From Octopus sinensis (Eukaryota): a stretch of 64,000 nucleotides of DNA. Shown here piece after piece: positions 1 to 12,496 of the stretch. The stretch covers positions 1,674,001 to 1,738,000 of the forward strand of contig NC_043018.1 in assembly GCF_006345805.1 (NCBI RefSeq). Direction: 5' to 3'. Made by a program: the position numbers and the translations under genes. Under the pieces are notes generated by a model. The model saw nothing but the letters and a program-made list of their open reading frames with translations, was not told the origin of the DNA and did not search any database. Within the stretch, counting starts at the first letter, position 1. Each line of letters starts with the position of its first letter.

Positions 1-152
1 TTACATACACACTTTAATTCACACATGCATGCATACATACATCAATCAACATACATCCATACACGTAAGACATGTAGATTTATATATATACATATACATA
101 CTTTATGTGTATGTATATATATGTATGTATATCTATCTATATCTATATATAT

Positions 153-183
<31 letters not shown>

Positions 184-863
184 GTATACGACGGGCTTCT
201 TTCAGTTTCCATCTACCACACGGGTAAGTGTGTTTGTGTGGTTGTGTGTGTGCGGGTGTATGTGTGTACATGTATTTGAACATACACACCAACTCACTTC
301 GCACGCAGAAATTACACAAAACACAGAGAAACATAAAATCATGTAAAGACTTGTTGTGTGCTTGCCTCCTTTAACAACTCTCCGCGTGACTGTCCATACA
401 TAAACACACACACACATACACACACACACACACACACACCACACACACACACACACACAGATATTTATAATTTATAATGTATAAATCTAAATTAATATAC
501 GTGGGCTTCATGTTCAATCCGATGTACACTTGTGTTTATTAATGTAGTCTTGGTTTTCATAACAATAACGCACATTGTGAATATATAATCAGTGTTTATA
601 TATAAATAAGTATGTGAATATGCTTGCGTAGTTGTGTGCATACGTATACGCAAATAAATACAGATATGTATGAATACACGCCCACACAAACAGACATATA
701 TATATATATAATAATGATGTGTGTATATATATATATATATGTATATATATATGTATATATATATATGCATATATATATATGTGTGTATATATATATATAT
801 GTGTGTATATATATGTGTATATATATATGTATATATATATGTGTGTGTGTGTATATATATATG

Positions 864-898
<35 letters not shown>

Positions 899-1584
899 AT
901 GCGTATATAACAGAGATAAACAGACACGAGCAGTAGCATAGAGATGTAGAGAGACCAGACAGACGGAGCGACAGATGTGTAAAGAGGCAGACATACAGAC
1001 AGACAAATAGATAGATAGATAAATAGACGGATAGATGGGTGTGTGGGTGGGTGGATGGGTGTTTGGGAGGGTGGATGGATGGATGGATGGATGGATGGAT
1101 AGATATATAGGTAGGTAGGTAGGTAGGTAGGTAGATAGATCACGTTAGACGAGATTACATGTGATAGGATAGACACCACAAATACTTATCTACAGATACT
1201 GATATATATACATTTGGTTCTGTATACGTTTCCTCATGTAAGTGTTTATATGTTCGCATCGATGATAAATTAATGCAAAAGTCTTTATTAGTGCTATAGG
1301 GTCTCGACGGGACTCATAAATCTCCTACTTAGGATGAGATTTTCTAGTGTTAATACCACCAGAGATTTGTCAGTCTGTCCAACAAGATACTACTTAAATA
1401 TGGTTCATATTGCTCTAAAGCACGCTACCCAGGAGGTTCCTCGTAGAGACAGAATATTTTAGTAACAGATTTGCAAGAACAATAGAGATAAGAGTCTCAT
1501 CTCCTTGAATCCTTGTACTGAATCAACTTAACTTTCGGCAGGCTAAGCCTAATGGACCAATCAGTTACTTTTATATCTATCTAG

Positions 1585-1649
<65 letters not shown>

Positions 1650-1727
1650 CATCCATCCATCCATCCATCCATCCATCCTCCATCCATCCATCCATCCATC
1701 CATCCCATCTCATCCATCCCTCTATCC

Positions 1728-1787
<60 letters not shown>

Positions 1788-1791
1788 CTTC

Positions 1792-1828
<37 letters not shown>

Positions 1829-2080
1829 ATATATATATATATATAATACAAATTGAGATAGGGGTTGTAAATGCAACCCTCCATGGGAATAACATAAATC
1901 CATATTACTGCTAGTGAAGTACCCAACAAAGTTAATACATAATGTTAAGGATTGCGTTGTTCTGTGGCTTTTTATATATTTAACCCTACAGTCTCTTATG
2001 TGGTGGTTAATAAAGTATGTGATTGAGTATTATCTGGTAATTGATATTTGATTTAGATGTATTTCTCCATTTTCTTATCT

Positions 2081-2117
<37 letters not shown>

Positions 2118-2125
2118 AAAAAGGT

Positions 2126-2432
2126 TATATATTAGTCATACGATATAGTGTATATTTAAACACATAAGGATTCCACTTATAGGAATTCTACACGCTAGGT
2201 TCTCTAACCACAGGAAAATCAGACCTTGTGAGTTCTCCTTGTCTCGCTAAAAGAAGATTAGAAACCAATTGGTCCAGGAAACTAGATGGTAAATTTCCAA
2301 AATTATTCCTATCGAATTTTATCCCCAATTTTTGTGGTTATAGAACCTAGCTGTTCTTTCTAGCGTGTAGAATCACTATAAGTGGATTCCTTATGTGTCT
2401 AAATATACACTATATCGTATGACTAATATATA
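2126..2432. mobile_element. Fold-back (MITE-like) element with ~87-100 bp inverted arms, TA at both ends
   Basis: 2126-2212 is the reverse complement of 2333-2432 apart from a few substitutions and one 10-nt indel; ~120 nt spacer. Confidence 0.65.
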
Positions 2433-2569
2433 GTCTTTAGGATAATTTTTTTTACACGTTAGACCACTGGAAATGTAAATTTTGATTAAATTTTTTAAAT
2501 TTTAATTAAATTCCATTTCCTTTTGATATGATTAAATAATAGATATATATATATATATATATATATATA

Positions 2570-2972
2570 GGCTCAGGAGTGGCTGTGGTAAGTAGCTTGT
2601 TTACCAACCACATGTTCCGGGTTCAGTCCCACTGCGTGGCACCTTGGGTAAGTGTCTTCTCCTATAGCCTCGGGCCGACCAAAGCCTTGTGAGGGATTTG
2701 GTATGGGAAACTGAAAGAAGCCCGTCGTAATATATATCTAATATATATGCGTATGTGTGTTTGTGTACCTGTGTTTGTCCCCCTAGCATTGCTTGAAAAA
2801 CCGATACTGGTGTGTTTATGTCCCCGTTACTTAGCGGTTCGGCAAAAGAGACCGATAGAATAAGTACTGGGCTTGCAAAAAGAATAAGTCCCGGGGTCGA
2901 GTTGCTCGATTAAAGGCGGTGCTGCAGCATGGCCGCAGTCAAATGACTGAAACAAATAAAAGAGTAAAAGAG

Positions 2973-2974
<2 letters not shown>
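2570..2974 (+). mobile_element. Full-length tRNA-derived SINE, family A
   Basis: A box TGGCTGTGG, B box GGGTTCAGTCCC, ACCTTGGGTAAGT (CORE-like start), internal TA/TG tract, 3' GGCGGTGCTGCAGCATGGCC..., (AAAGAGT)n tail; near-identical to reverse complement of 58787-59211. Confidence 0.9.
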
Positions 2975-3013
<39 letters not shown>

Positions 3014-3493
3014 CAGAGAGAGAGAGGGGGGTTCATCGGAGATACCTCATCACAGACGACGATGCGATCACGCTCACCAGCAGAACGCAACAAAGGAAGA
3101 ATATATTTATAAGTACTTAGAGTAATTCCCCTGTACGTAACTGTGAAATGAGTTAGTGCTTAAAATATTTGGACACCGTAGCCAAGCAGTTTCTCTTCTC
3201 TTTCTTTGTGTGTTTAGACAATCAATCATTTAAACAAGGCAATTCTTTAAGCAAGATTGCCTTAGCCTGCATCGGTGCTGTCTGTTGAAATAGAAATAGG
3301 AACCGAATCAATATGGTTTTACTCTAAGAACTGTCTGAGTGCCCAGCAGTTATTTCGATCCGCTTTACCCGTTGGATTCCCGACAGCTTGGTTCTCTACA
3401 CAGATACTGTTTGTGCGATGGCACTCTTTTTTTTATATATATATATTAATTCCGTTTTGGCAACATCTATTACAAATAACATACAAGCATATG

Positions 3494-3619
<126 letters not shown>

Positions 3620-3700
3620 AATCTGTTTATCTATCTATCTATCTATCTTCTATCTATCTATCTATCTATCTATCTTTTATCTATCTATCTATCTATCTGT

Positions 3701-3750
<50 letters not shown>

Positions 3751-3917
3751 CTCTCTATCTATCTATCAATCAATCTCTTTCTATATATATATATATTATA
3801 TATTATATATATATATATGTGTGTGTTTGTGTGTGGTGTGTGTCTGTGTATGTGTGTGTATACATCCATCAATTATATATATACATACAGGAAAACATGC
3901 ATACCTATGCCTCTTCC

Positions 3918-3962
<45 letters not shown>

Positions 3963-4003
3963 CAACTATGGTACATATAATATATATATATATTACAACT
4001 ATG

Positions 4004-4041
<38 letters not shown>

Positions 4042-4097
4042 ATATATTTATATATATATATATGTACTATGGTACATATATTATATATATATATATT

Positions 4098-4134
<37 letters not shown>

Positions 4135-4440
4135 ATATAATATATATATATATATATTATATACAACTATGGTACATGGATAGAGATATTCGCAGACGCA
4201 ATGTCTTAGACACTATCTGCGGTACGTTTTTTCTTTAGCTTCTTTTTGTATTCTGAAAATAATGAAATGTTTAGGAAAAGGAGAAGAAAAATAATAGGTC
4301 TGAATCAGGCTTCTCAATCAAGTGCGAAAGAATAAGATGTGTGGAAGAGATTATTGTGTGCAACTTGGAATATAATCTAATGACCGATTTATAGTTTTTA
4401 TATATATATATATAATATATATATATATATACAACATACA

Positions 4441-4768
4441 TATATTCGGTTACATAGATCATACACATCTATAAATATACATGTATATATAGGTTATATT
4501 TATGCCTATATATATATACAAATATATTCGGTTACATAGATTCATACACATCTATAAATATACATGTATATATAGGTTATATTTATGCCTATATATATAT
4601 ACAAATATATTCGTATATATAGATTCATACGCATCTATAAATATACATGTATATATAGGTTATATTTATGCCTATATATATATATATAAATACAAATATA
4701 TTCGTATATATAGATTCATACACATCTATAAATATACATGTACATATAGGTTATATTTATGCCTATAT
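4441..4768. repeat. Minisatellite, 4 units of ~82-91 bp
   Basis: Unit TATATTCG..ATAGATTCATACACATCTATAAATATACATGTATATATAGGTTATATTTATGCCTATA repeated directly, no spacers. Confidence 0.9.
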
Positions 4769-4858
4769 GTGCATACATGCATATATATGAATACACTCAC
4801 ACACACTCGCACATATATATAAGTACATACGTTTATCTGTATATAGATATATATATAT

Positions 4859-4889
<31 letters not shown>

Positions 4890-5769
4890 TTTATTTCCCC
4901 CTTTTTGGTTTTGTTACTTTTCCGTTGTTATTCTGAAAGGGAGGGAGGAAAAAGATCTTTATTCCAGAGTTGCATGAAACAAGGAATACGGTGCCAATTT
5001 CCATAAATCAATCTCCAGACTTTTTCTTGCAAGCCAAACCGTATTCACAGAGAAAATAATAGCAGAGAGAAAGAATTTTTCCTCTTTTATTTTTTTTCTT
5101 ACCTAAATGGTCATTAGACAGACATATATATATATTATCTGACTTGATTCTAACTCGGCTGCCGCTGGTACTGTTCCTGCTGTTGCTGTTGCTGGTGCCG
5201 CTGTTAAAGAGATTTGGTCGAACACATGCCAATGTTCTAAAGGATATGGCGATGAATTTCCAACGCAAAAACTTGGAATTTAAAAACAAAAAGAACAATA
5301 ACCGCAATAGTACAAAACAAATAACCGCAGGAACTAGACAGCCATGCACTACACTCAACAACAGCACTAACAAAAACCCATAAAACATACCAAAAAAAAA
5401 TAAGGAGGATAAAATTGTTCCGGTGGTTTTTATTATGATTTTCGTTTTGTTTTTTTCCCCCGATTTCGGTGAGTTTTATTTTTTATTGTCTTGAAATAAA
5501 GTCAGAAAAGCTTTTACCGATTTAATATCCCTTTCAGTAAAATTCGTTTAAGCAATTAATTTATCGATTTCTGAGTGTCTATTCCATGTTTGGAAAGGAA
5601 TTTCTTCATTAATTCGATGGCTTAGCTTGCTTCGGGGGTTTACTTGTCAACCATTTCTCTGGCGAGTGTTACAAGTTGACAGCCGCGCTGCAAACGAAAC
5701 GGTCACCATTTCTAGAACAACAACAATACCAACAACAACAACAGCAACCACAACTACGACGACTGTTAC

Positions 5770-6290
5770 ATACAACACACACACACATATTATATTTATA
5801 TATATATATATATATTATTATACATGTATAAACACACATATACTCATATATATATATATAATATATATTATATATATATATATATATATACATGTATAAA
5901 CACACATATACTCATATATATCATATATAGATATATATATATAATATATACATGTATAAACACACATATACTCATATATATATATATTATATATATACAT
6001 GTATAAACCCACATATACTAATATATATTATATATATATATATACCTCATGTAAAACACACATCAATATATACTATTATATATATATATATATATAAATA
6101 TACTCATATGTAGAAACACCACATATACTCATATATATATATATATATATATATATACTACCCCTATCCCATATATATATATATATATATAGATATACAT
6201 GTATAAACACACATATACTCATTATATATATATATACTATATATATATATAATATACATGTATAAACACACAATACTCATATATTATATA
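5770..6290. repeat. Compound minisatellite: ATACATGTATAAACACACATATACTCAT units separated by variable (TA)n
   Basis: About 8 recognisable copies of the ~28-nt core. Confidence 0.8.
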
Positions 6291-6330
6291 TATTATATAT
6301 ATAATAGTATATATATATACACACAGGTGT

Positions 6331-6611
6331 GGAGGCGCAATGGCCCACTGATTAAGGAATCGCGGTGTCGATTCCCAGACCGGGCATTGTGAGTGTCTAT
6401 TGAGCGAAAACACCTAAAGCCCCACGTGGCTCCGGCAGGTGGGGTGAACCCTGCTGTACTCTTTCCTCACAACGTTCTCTCACTCTTTCTTCCTGTTTCT
6501 GTTGTGCCTTTATTTCAACGGTCCCGTCTTGTGACACTCTGTGTCTTGCTGACTCTCCCCGAGAACTACGTTAAGGGTACAAGTGTATGTGGAGTGCTCA
6601 GCCACTTGCAC
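6331..6611 (+). mobile_element. tRNA-derived SINE, family C (tail type 1), 3' truncated
   Basis: Head GGAGGCGCAATGGCCC..CGATTCCCAGACCGGG as at 9588; body matches 11530-11600 and reverse complement of 34100-34210. Confidence 0.85.
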
Positions 6612-6612
6612 C

Positions 6613-6873
6613 TATGAGTGGATTTGCTTGACAGAAACTGCAAGAAGCCCATCATGTGTATGTGTGTGTGTGTCCGTGTTTGTCCCCCACCATCGCTTGA
6701 TAACCGTTCTTGATGTCTTTCAGCTCCCGTCATCTCGCAGATTCGGTAAAAAAAAAGTTCGATAGAATAAGTACCAAGTTTTAAATAAAGTATTGCGGTC
6801 AATCCATTCGACTAAAAATTTAATGCAATGCCCCAGCGTGGCCGCAGTCTAATGACTGAGACGAGTAAAAGAT
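6613..6873 (+). mobile_element. SINE family A, 3' half
   Basis: GTGGATTTG..GAAACTG..GATAGAATAAGTACC..CCCAGCGTGGCCGCAGTCTAATGACTGA matches 2695-2960. Confidence 0.8.
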
Positions 6874-7239
6874 TGCTACTCTTTGACGAAAATTCCAAGA
6901 CGAGCACCAAACTCTTGTGAAATCAATAACGGTCGATTATCGATCTAACGGCACAAGGAAGGAAGGTGCACTGTGACTGGGTAAAATAAGAAATGAAATA
7001 CAGGCTATATCATATCTGGAACGCTTTGATCATAGGTCTGCTGGATCGAGATTGACCTTGGGCTAAACAAAAGCAATAACCCAGTTATTTTCTTCTTTCC
7101 TTTCACATTGTCATGGAGGCCCTTTTTTTCATTTTTGCAATAATACTGACTATCATATTCTATATCTCTTTATTTAAGTATGTTTAGCTATGTATATATA
7201 TGCTTTTGTCCTGCATGTGTAGATTTATGTAGGTATGTG

Positions 7240-7276
<37 letters not shown>

Positions 7277-8235
7277 CTGCTGTTATATATATATATAAAT
7301 GCTGTTTTATATATATATACATATATTTATATATATATGTATAAATATATATAACAGCAGTGTATATATATATGTATACATATATACATGCACACATTCG
7401 TACATGTTTATATATACCTACATATATTTATACATATATATACATATATATATATATATGCAGATATATATTCATATATGTATATATGTATGTATGTATG
7501 TATGTATATATATATATAATATATATATATATATACATACACACACACATATATATGAGTTTATGTGTGTGTGTGTGTGTTGTATATTCATATTTACCTG
7601 TATATTTATGAGTCTGCATAGTTTTTCGTGTGTAGTCAAAGAAAACTCTTTGAATGCAACCTCCATAGCATTTAAGATCGAATGCTTGATGTCGAATCGA
7701 TCCGCCGATAAGAAACTCTGCCGTACACCTTACACCCTTTCGCTTTCTTCAGTGACCCCCTCCCCATCATTCACTCTCCCTCCACCCCCACCCCAATCCT
7801 GTAGAACCAAACAGCTAGCCAACCAGCCGACGAACCAGCCGCCCAGCCCACCTGCCATCCAACCTAATAGTCAATATCATGAAAGCTTGTTCCTTCTCGT
7901 CTTATTTCTTTTGGACGTAGTTGCAAAGAAATAAAGAAATAAAGAAATAAACAAAGGGTGGGGGAGGGGAGGGATGGAAATAGAAAAAAGAAGAAAAACA
8001 AGAGAAATGGAAAACCGAAATTCTTCCAGAGTTCACGTAGTCTTAAGATGTCTCCTTACCAAAGACGGCCGAACGACGGGGAGAAAAAAAATCGAAGAGG
8101 CTTTAATGCATTGTGCTTATTCATGTGTGTGTGTGTGTGTGTGTCCTTGTGTATTTACGTGTATATGCATATTATGTATGTACATATATATATACATATA
8201 TATAAATATGTATATACATATATATATGTGTGCAC

Positions 8236-8276
<41 letters not shown>

Positions 8277-8334
8277 GACGAATATATATATAAATATCTA
8301 CACATATATGTATGTGTGCATATATATATTTTTT

Positions 8335-8409
<75 letters not shown>

Positions 8410-8950
8410 GTGTGTGTGTGTGTGTGTGTGCGATGGAGGTCATCGTCGATATTGGCAGCAATGTATAGGAAGAGAGACGGTGAACATGGTTGGGGAGGCG
8501 ATTCTGTCGACCGGACGGCGTCCGTGATTGTCGGAGAAATGTAGTTGAGAAATGGAATTATACCACAGGTGGGTCGAAGGAAGAAGGAGTGGAAGAGTAG
8601 CAGGAGGAGGAGAGGAGAGAGAAAGAGAAAGAGAAGAAAGAGGGAGAGGAGGGGGGAATATCAGGAATATCTGGCAGTGGGGATAATAGAAACAGAATTA
8701 GGGCAACCGTTATTTGTGACTTAGGATTGGAAGCTTGCCGCGAGTTTGCGTGTGTTTGTTACCACTCGGCTACTTTTTAGGTCAATGAATACGAAGAGGG
8801 GCGACTAGAAAAGGAGAAGTTATAGGTAAAAGCCTTTAAATAGTGTTTGCTGCAGACGGTCGCCTTTTACTGAGGAGGCTCAAAATATAACGAAATCGAA
8901 GGACAGCGAGGGTGAGAGAGAGAAAATTAATTAAGGGGTATATACATATA

Positions 8951-9157
8951 CGAGGTCGTCCCTAAAAAGTTCCTGGCTTTAAGGGTATCGCGAAAGGCCT
9001 GATTGGAGGCCCAAACTTCTGAGTTCTTTAACAGGGCTTTGAGAGAGAGAAGGACCGCTGCAAAAAATTTGTGAATCTGAGAGGGGAATATGTTGAATCA
9101 ACGGAACCGCCTGTAATGTCTTTTACCCAAAGCTAGAAACATTTCAGCACCCCCTCC
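8951..9157 (+). mobile_element. Mariner-derived MITE
   Basis: TA-CGAGG..AAAAGTTCCTGGCTTTAAGGGTA left end with imperfect inverted right end TACCCAAAGCTAGAAACATTTCAGCACCCCCTC; internal remnant reads SEFFNRAL..DRCKKFVNLRGEYVE, like a mariner transposase C-terminus. Confidence 0.75.
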
Positions 9158-9244
9158 TCTATATATATATTATTTATATTATTATATGATCGAACGTCAC
9201 GCATATATGGAAAATTAACGAAAAAAAAAACAATAGACATACAC

Positions 9245-9406
9245 GTGTGTGTAAACAACAAACAGATGTATTAGTTTAATGCTCGGGAATTGAAAACGTC
9301 TTTTACGTTTCGAGCCTACGCTCTTCTACAGAAAAGAACACAGAAAGAAACAAGGAGAGAAACAAGGAGAGAAAAAAAATGTGTGTAGTGGCTACCGATC
9401 TATCAT
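9245..9406 (-). mobile_element. Short Penelope-like (pLTR) fragment with hammerhead-like motif, copy 1
   Basis: Reverse complement matches 25647-25850 and 27047-27262; contains GAAGAGCGTAGGCTCGAAACGTA. The PLE assignment is inferred from this motif. Confidence 0.6.
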
Positions 9407-9458
9407 ATACACATATATATATATACATACATACAGATATATATATTATATATATTAT

Positions 9459-9490
<32 letters not shown>

Positions 9491-9587
9491 TACATATATA
9501 TGTATGTATGTATGTATACACACACCCACGCGAACACACACGCATATATATATATATAGATTTACAGATGTGTATGTAGGTATGTGT

Positions 9588-9904
9588 GAGGCGCAATGGC
9601 CCAGTGGTTAGGGCAACGGACTCGCGGTCGGAGGATCGCGGTTTCGATTCCCAGACCGGGCGTTGTGTGTGTTTATTGAACGAAAACACCCAAAGCTCCA
9701 CGATGCTCCGGCAAGGGGTGGTGGAGATCCCTGTTGTACTCTTTCGCCCCCAACTTTCTCTCACTCCTTCTTCCTGTTTCTTGGGTAACGCTGCGATGGA
9801 CTGGCGTCCCGTCCAGATGGGGGGAACACATATGCCACAGAAACCGGGAAACCGGGCCCATGAACCTAGCTAGGCTTGAAAAGGGCGCATAAATAAATAA
9901 AAAA
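9588..9904 (+). mobile_element. tRNA-derived SINE, family C (tail type 2)
   Basis: A box TGGCCCAGTGG, B box GGTTTCGATTCC; 3' GCGATGGACTGGCGTCCCGTCCAG..GAAACCGGGAAACCGG shared with 43417-43730; A-rich tail. Confidence 0.9.
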
Positions 9905-10067
9905 TTGTATGTATATATGTATGTATGTATGTACGTAGATGTCCCATGTTGATCATTTGTTTCTGTGTTTTGGTGGGATTCTTCGTTTTTATTTCAATGA
10001 CTATTCGACTTAGAATGGCCTATGAAGCCATCCAGTGACTTGCATTCTTTCGTATGTGATACGGCAT

Positions 10068-10258
10068 TCATCATGCTCGGAATGGTCAGCGGCAAGAAAG
10101 GAAGAGGCCGACCAAGAACCCGCTGGCTTGACACCATCAAGAGTGATACCAGAATGGACATAGCCAATCTGAAAGAAGCGGCCCAGGATAGAACTGACTG
10201 GAGGACATTGATCCAACGAGTAACCGAGAGTCGACTTCGGCTGAGCGGATAGATATAA

Positions 10259-10312
<54 letters not shown>
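10068..10312 (+). mobile_element. RTE-clade LINE, 5'-truncated 3' end with (GATA)n tail
   Basis: Translation IMLGMVSGKKGRGRPRTRWLDTIKSDTRMDIANLKEAAQDRTDWRTLIQRVTESRLRLSG* is the typical RTE/BovB-like ORF C-terminus; stop at 10250-10252 runs into the microsatellite tail. Confidence 0.85.
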
Positions 10313-10313
<1 letters not shown>

Positions 10314-10819
10314 TATGTGTACACATGCGCGCATGTGTGTCTGTACGTATAGACCATCATAATATACTGATGAGTGATAAGTTTAGAACTACTGTAGCCT
10401 CCCAAAAATATACTTTAGTCAATGTCCCTTTTTTTCCCTATGAAATACATTTATGAAGGGCGTGTAGGAACTGGAACCAAGCTGATGATGATAACGTATT
10501 ATCTTCTAATGATAAATATATTCCATACTTATTCACTCGCACGTCTCTCCTTTCACAATCACAACCACAAAAAAAATCATAGAAAACAAAATATATTTCT
10601 AAATATGTGCATATTTATTCAGGCTTGTGTCTGACTACGCAAGATTTCATAATTTCAAATATACAGCAATTACAATGATGTAATTCTAAGTCATTCAAGT
10701 CCTGTATGCCTGCTTTGTTTGTGAATGCATACGCGTGTCCCTCTGTGCTTGTATGCGAGCATTTGTGTGTGAAAGGGTGTCGTATGTGCGTGCGTATGCG
10801 GGTGTATTTCCTGAAACAA

Positions 10820-10940
10820 CTGGAATGGCGCACGGAAAATATGAAATTGTAAGAAATTCATAAACACGCGCCATATTTGTGAATCGCTGGAATGAACTAC
10901 CGATCTAATGAATAATGTATTCCGATTTAGATACAAGGGT
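10820..10940 (+). mobile_element. Possible degenerate CR1-type RT C-terminal remnant
   Basis: Reads AHGKYEIVRNS*TRAIFVNRWNELP, resembling the CR1 RGH..R..FF..RVVN.WN.LP motif. Confidence 0.35.
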
Positions 10941-11117
10941 AACGATTTTGAAAGTTGGGGGTGTCATACCATGGATTACGGCACGTGGCTAGTTCTTAAT
11001 TTTATCAACATTCGGGGAAACGAATGTCAAACTTGACCCCCACCTGATTTCAACTCATACGGTTAAGAAACGTAGTAAATATTTTCCGATGCTTCAACGA
11101 TTCTGCCAGTGCGTCGC
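10940..11117 (-). mobile_element. Degenerate SINE family B
   Basis: Ends TTCTGCCAGT-GCGTCGC (reverse complement of B head); TTAATTTTATCAAC resembles the B central block. Confidence 0.5.
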
Positions 11118-11230
11118 GTTCAAAGGTTTCTGATTTCGGCAAAAGCCCAGCAATTATGAGAGGTGGGGTTAATGAAATCATTGACCCATTACTGGAATGG
11201 AACCTTATTTTGTCACCACCACCTCAGTGA

Positions 11231-11712
11231 AGGCGCATGATTTAGTGACTAGGTATTCGTCTTAAAAATGCTCAAGGTATTCATATACGATCTGCTTAAT
11301 GTTATCTTTGGGTAAATAGGTTTGTCCCAGAATGTCCATTTTATTTTTGTATGCGTTCGACAATTCTTTCGGGGCACCAACGGAATGGATGTAGAGAACG
11401 ATGAAGTGAATTACACCAAGTTGTCAATTCGGTTCCACGCGGCGCTTTGTGTCCTTCAGTAAGGACACACTTTATTTCACGTTGCCCCAGTCCAGACGTA
11501 GAGAAATAGGTAGGAAAATAATTCGTAGGACCTGTATTTCAAAAGTCCGGCCTTGTTACAATTTATGTCACGCTGAATCTCCCTGACAATTACTTTAATG
11601 GTTTGAGTGTTTGTGGAGTACTCCGCCAGCCACTTGCGTGTTAACTTCACGAGCGAGCTGCTCCCTTGAGTAGGCCAACTGGGACCCTCATCGTCGTAAC
11701 TGACAGAGTGCC
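11231..11712 (+). mobile_element. SINE family C (tail type 1) carrying two foreign patches (11271-11419, 11494-11521)
   Basis: Head AGGCGCATGATTTAGTG, ACACTTTATTTCACGTTGCCCCAGTCCA, 3' ACCTGTATTTCAAA..CCCTCATCGTCGTAAC. Confidence 0.75.
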
Positions 11713-11745
11713 AGCTTTTTCTTTTATCATTCCACTAAAGTGAAC

Positions 11746-12029
11746 TGTAAAGTCGACATCGGCGGAATTTTAAATCAGAACTTAAGACGGTCAAAAAGCC
11801 ACAAAGCCTTTTGTCCGGCATGCTAAACATAGAGCGGACAAACAAGGACACACAAAGAGATTAAGTCAATTACATCGACCCCAGTGCGTAATAGATACTT
11901 AATTTATCGACCCCGAAATGATGAAAGGCAAACTCGACCTCGGCGGAATTTGAACTCAGAAAGTAACGGCAGACGAAATGCCGCTAAACATTTCACCCGG
12001 CGTGCTAAGGCTTCTGCCAGCTCGCCGCC
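11746..12029 (-). mobile_element. SINE family B (11823-12029) preceded by a degenerate partial copy (11746-11825)
   Basis: ~85% match to 12497-12728; B box GAGTTCAAATTCC on minus strand. Confidence 0.85.
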
Positions 12030-12084
12030 ATCTCTGTTTTGGTTTGAAATTATGGTAAAACCATTCATTTTGGGGAAGGGAGCT

Positions 12085-12233
12085 AGTCGATTTCATCCAC
12101 CCAGTGCCTCTTGATCACTCTCCTTGAGCACTGGGGTAGACCTCGGGGGAATTTGAACGCAGAACGTAAAGAAAGACAAAATGCTGCTAAGCACTTTTTC
12201 GGACGCGCTAATGATCCTGCTAGTCTGCCGCCT
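12085..12233 (-). mobile_element. Degenerate SINE family B
   Basis: GGGGAATTTGAACGCAGAACGTAA..CTGCTAGTCTGCCGCC. Confidence 0.7.
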
Positions 12234-12286
12234 TCTGTATATTGAATAAGAAAATCGAATTAATTGAGTATCTGACAGAATTCGCA

Positions 12287-12475
12287 AGGTGGCAGAATTG
12301 TTAGCACGCCGGACAAAATACTTAACCACATTTCGTTCTCTACGTTCCGAGTTCAAATTCCGCCGCCGTTGAAATCAACTTTCGTTCTTTTGAGATCGAT
12401 AAAATACGTTCCAGTCGATGAAATCTCCCCACCAAACCCGATTTCAGTCCTTGTCCCTATAGTAGGAGGTATATT
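12287..12475 (+). mobile_element. SINE family B (alternative 3' tail)
   Basis: GGCAGAATTGTTAGCACGCCGGAC..GAGTTCAAATTCCGCC; tail TTTCAGTCCTTGTCCCTATAGTAG. Confidence 0.75.
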
Positions 12476-12496
12476 AGATTTGTGAGTCATATATAT

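Noticed and set aside
7720-7755. Minus-strand CTGAAGA-AAGC-GAAA
   Set aside because: No stem II base pair and no consistent stem III; likely chance in a pyrimidine tract
8040-8850. Minus-strand promoter and first exon (TATTTAA at ~8840, donor TTG|GTAAGG at ~8059)
   Set aside because: Short motifs expected by chance, CCAAT position inconsistent, and the putative exon would contain a long (TA)n; not enough to call
9588-9660. tRNA gene (also 43420, 49581, 2570)
   Set aside because: A and B boxes are present, but the sequence continues into SINE bodies with tails and TSDs; no closing acceptor stem or T-run terminator
10068-10252. Horizontal transfer of BovB
   Set aside because: A 60-residue C-terminal similarity is shared across the RTE clade and cannot show transfer
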